Shown here: positions 63,303 through 64,000 of the stretch, piece by piece
Position numbering within the stretch: position 1 is the first letter of the stretch
Layout of the letters: every line of letters begins with the position of its first letter
NCBI GenBank assembly: GCA_905331295.1
Contig: CAJNYD010000035.1
Span: forward strand, 310,001-374,000
Direction of reading: 5' to 3'
Source of the DNA: Rotaria socialis
Taxonomy: Eukaryota
Length of the DNA stretch: 64,000 nt
Position numbers and translations under genes: made by a program
The notes under the pieces: generated by a model
Databases searched by the model: none
The model's input: the letters and a program-made list of their open reading frames with translations, nothing else
What the model was told of the DNA's origin: nothing

Positions 63303-64000
63303 CAGCTGTTGTTTCTATTCACAGTTTCGATTTATTATTTCGATGAGCTTACCAAGAGATAATTAGATCAATTTTTTTCAAAAATTGAAATGAATTTGAT
63401 GTATCTAAAAAAAGGAAGTATTACTCATCTATTAACGGTCTTCAACCGGCATAAACTAAAATATTTGATGCAGATATAAAAAGCAGTCTCTAATGTCAGT
63501 TGCATAAGATTGCCCTTTGTCCCCGACATAATATTCATTGCACCGGTATGCTGTCTGCATCTTCATTGAAGAAAGTAAAAAGAAAAGAAAAAACATCGAC
63601 TATACTATACCCTATCGTTTTTCTTCTCGAATACTGTTTGCTTTCTCTCCCGTTTTTTTACATTCTTTTTATGTAGCTGCTTCATTATTTTTTCTGTGAA
63701 GAATCCCATATTTACACCAGAAACGAGGTTGTTGTTTTTTGCGTTCTCCTATGGTATTGGTGAAAAAGACTACATCAAAGTCGTAAATGACGAAAAACAA
63801 AATTGGAAATGAGAATAAAAACGTAAGGATTTAAAGAGTGAGGGTAAACACTTCTTTCCTATATTGTGTTCGTATCAACGGCAGGGTAGTCTAGACCTTT
63901 TTGTTGACAACGAAAATCGGCGAAAAGATAAAATACGCTCTGTTTCAAGGATTTGCTAATGATAATGCACTCGATTAAAATAATTAGAATAGATAGCTTA

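Overview
AT-rich eukaryotic (animal) DNA with many ~55-75 nt GT-AG introns and two 100-N scaffold gaps. The gene families (ART-TPR, NHL-repeat, divergent Rel/NFAT-like), TGTGGG-type repeats, Penelope-like elements and foreign-looking metabolic genes suggest a bdelloid rotifer (inference, not proven). Contents: an intron-containing beta-carotene ketolase (CrtW/BKT type); a tightly packed same-strand cluster MFAP1-TRM7/FTSJ1-ATG101-CISD3-like-RYBP/YAF2 that looks like a trans-spliced operon; a neprilysin; a disrupted Penelope-like retroelement with hammerhead-bearing inverted flanks; a TspanC8 tetraspanin; a potato-inhibitor-I protein; an intronless 841-aa fusion of two radical SAM domains; two Rel/NFAT-like paralogues flanking an ART-TPR pseudogene; an NHL pseudogene; and many non-autonomous transposons. 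Most notable: (1) an algal-BKT-like ketolase in an animal gene context, (2) the double radical SAM protein with a mitochondrial-type leader, (3) a NEET/CISD3-like protein with the His ligand replaced by Cys in both CDGSH motifs. Exon boundaries were read by eye and family assignments come from remembered motifs; no database search was run.
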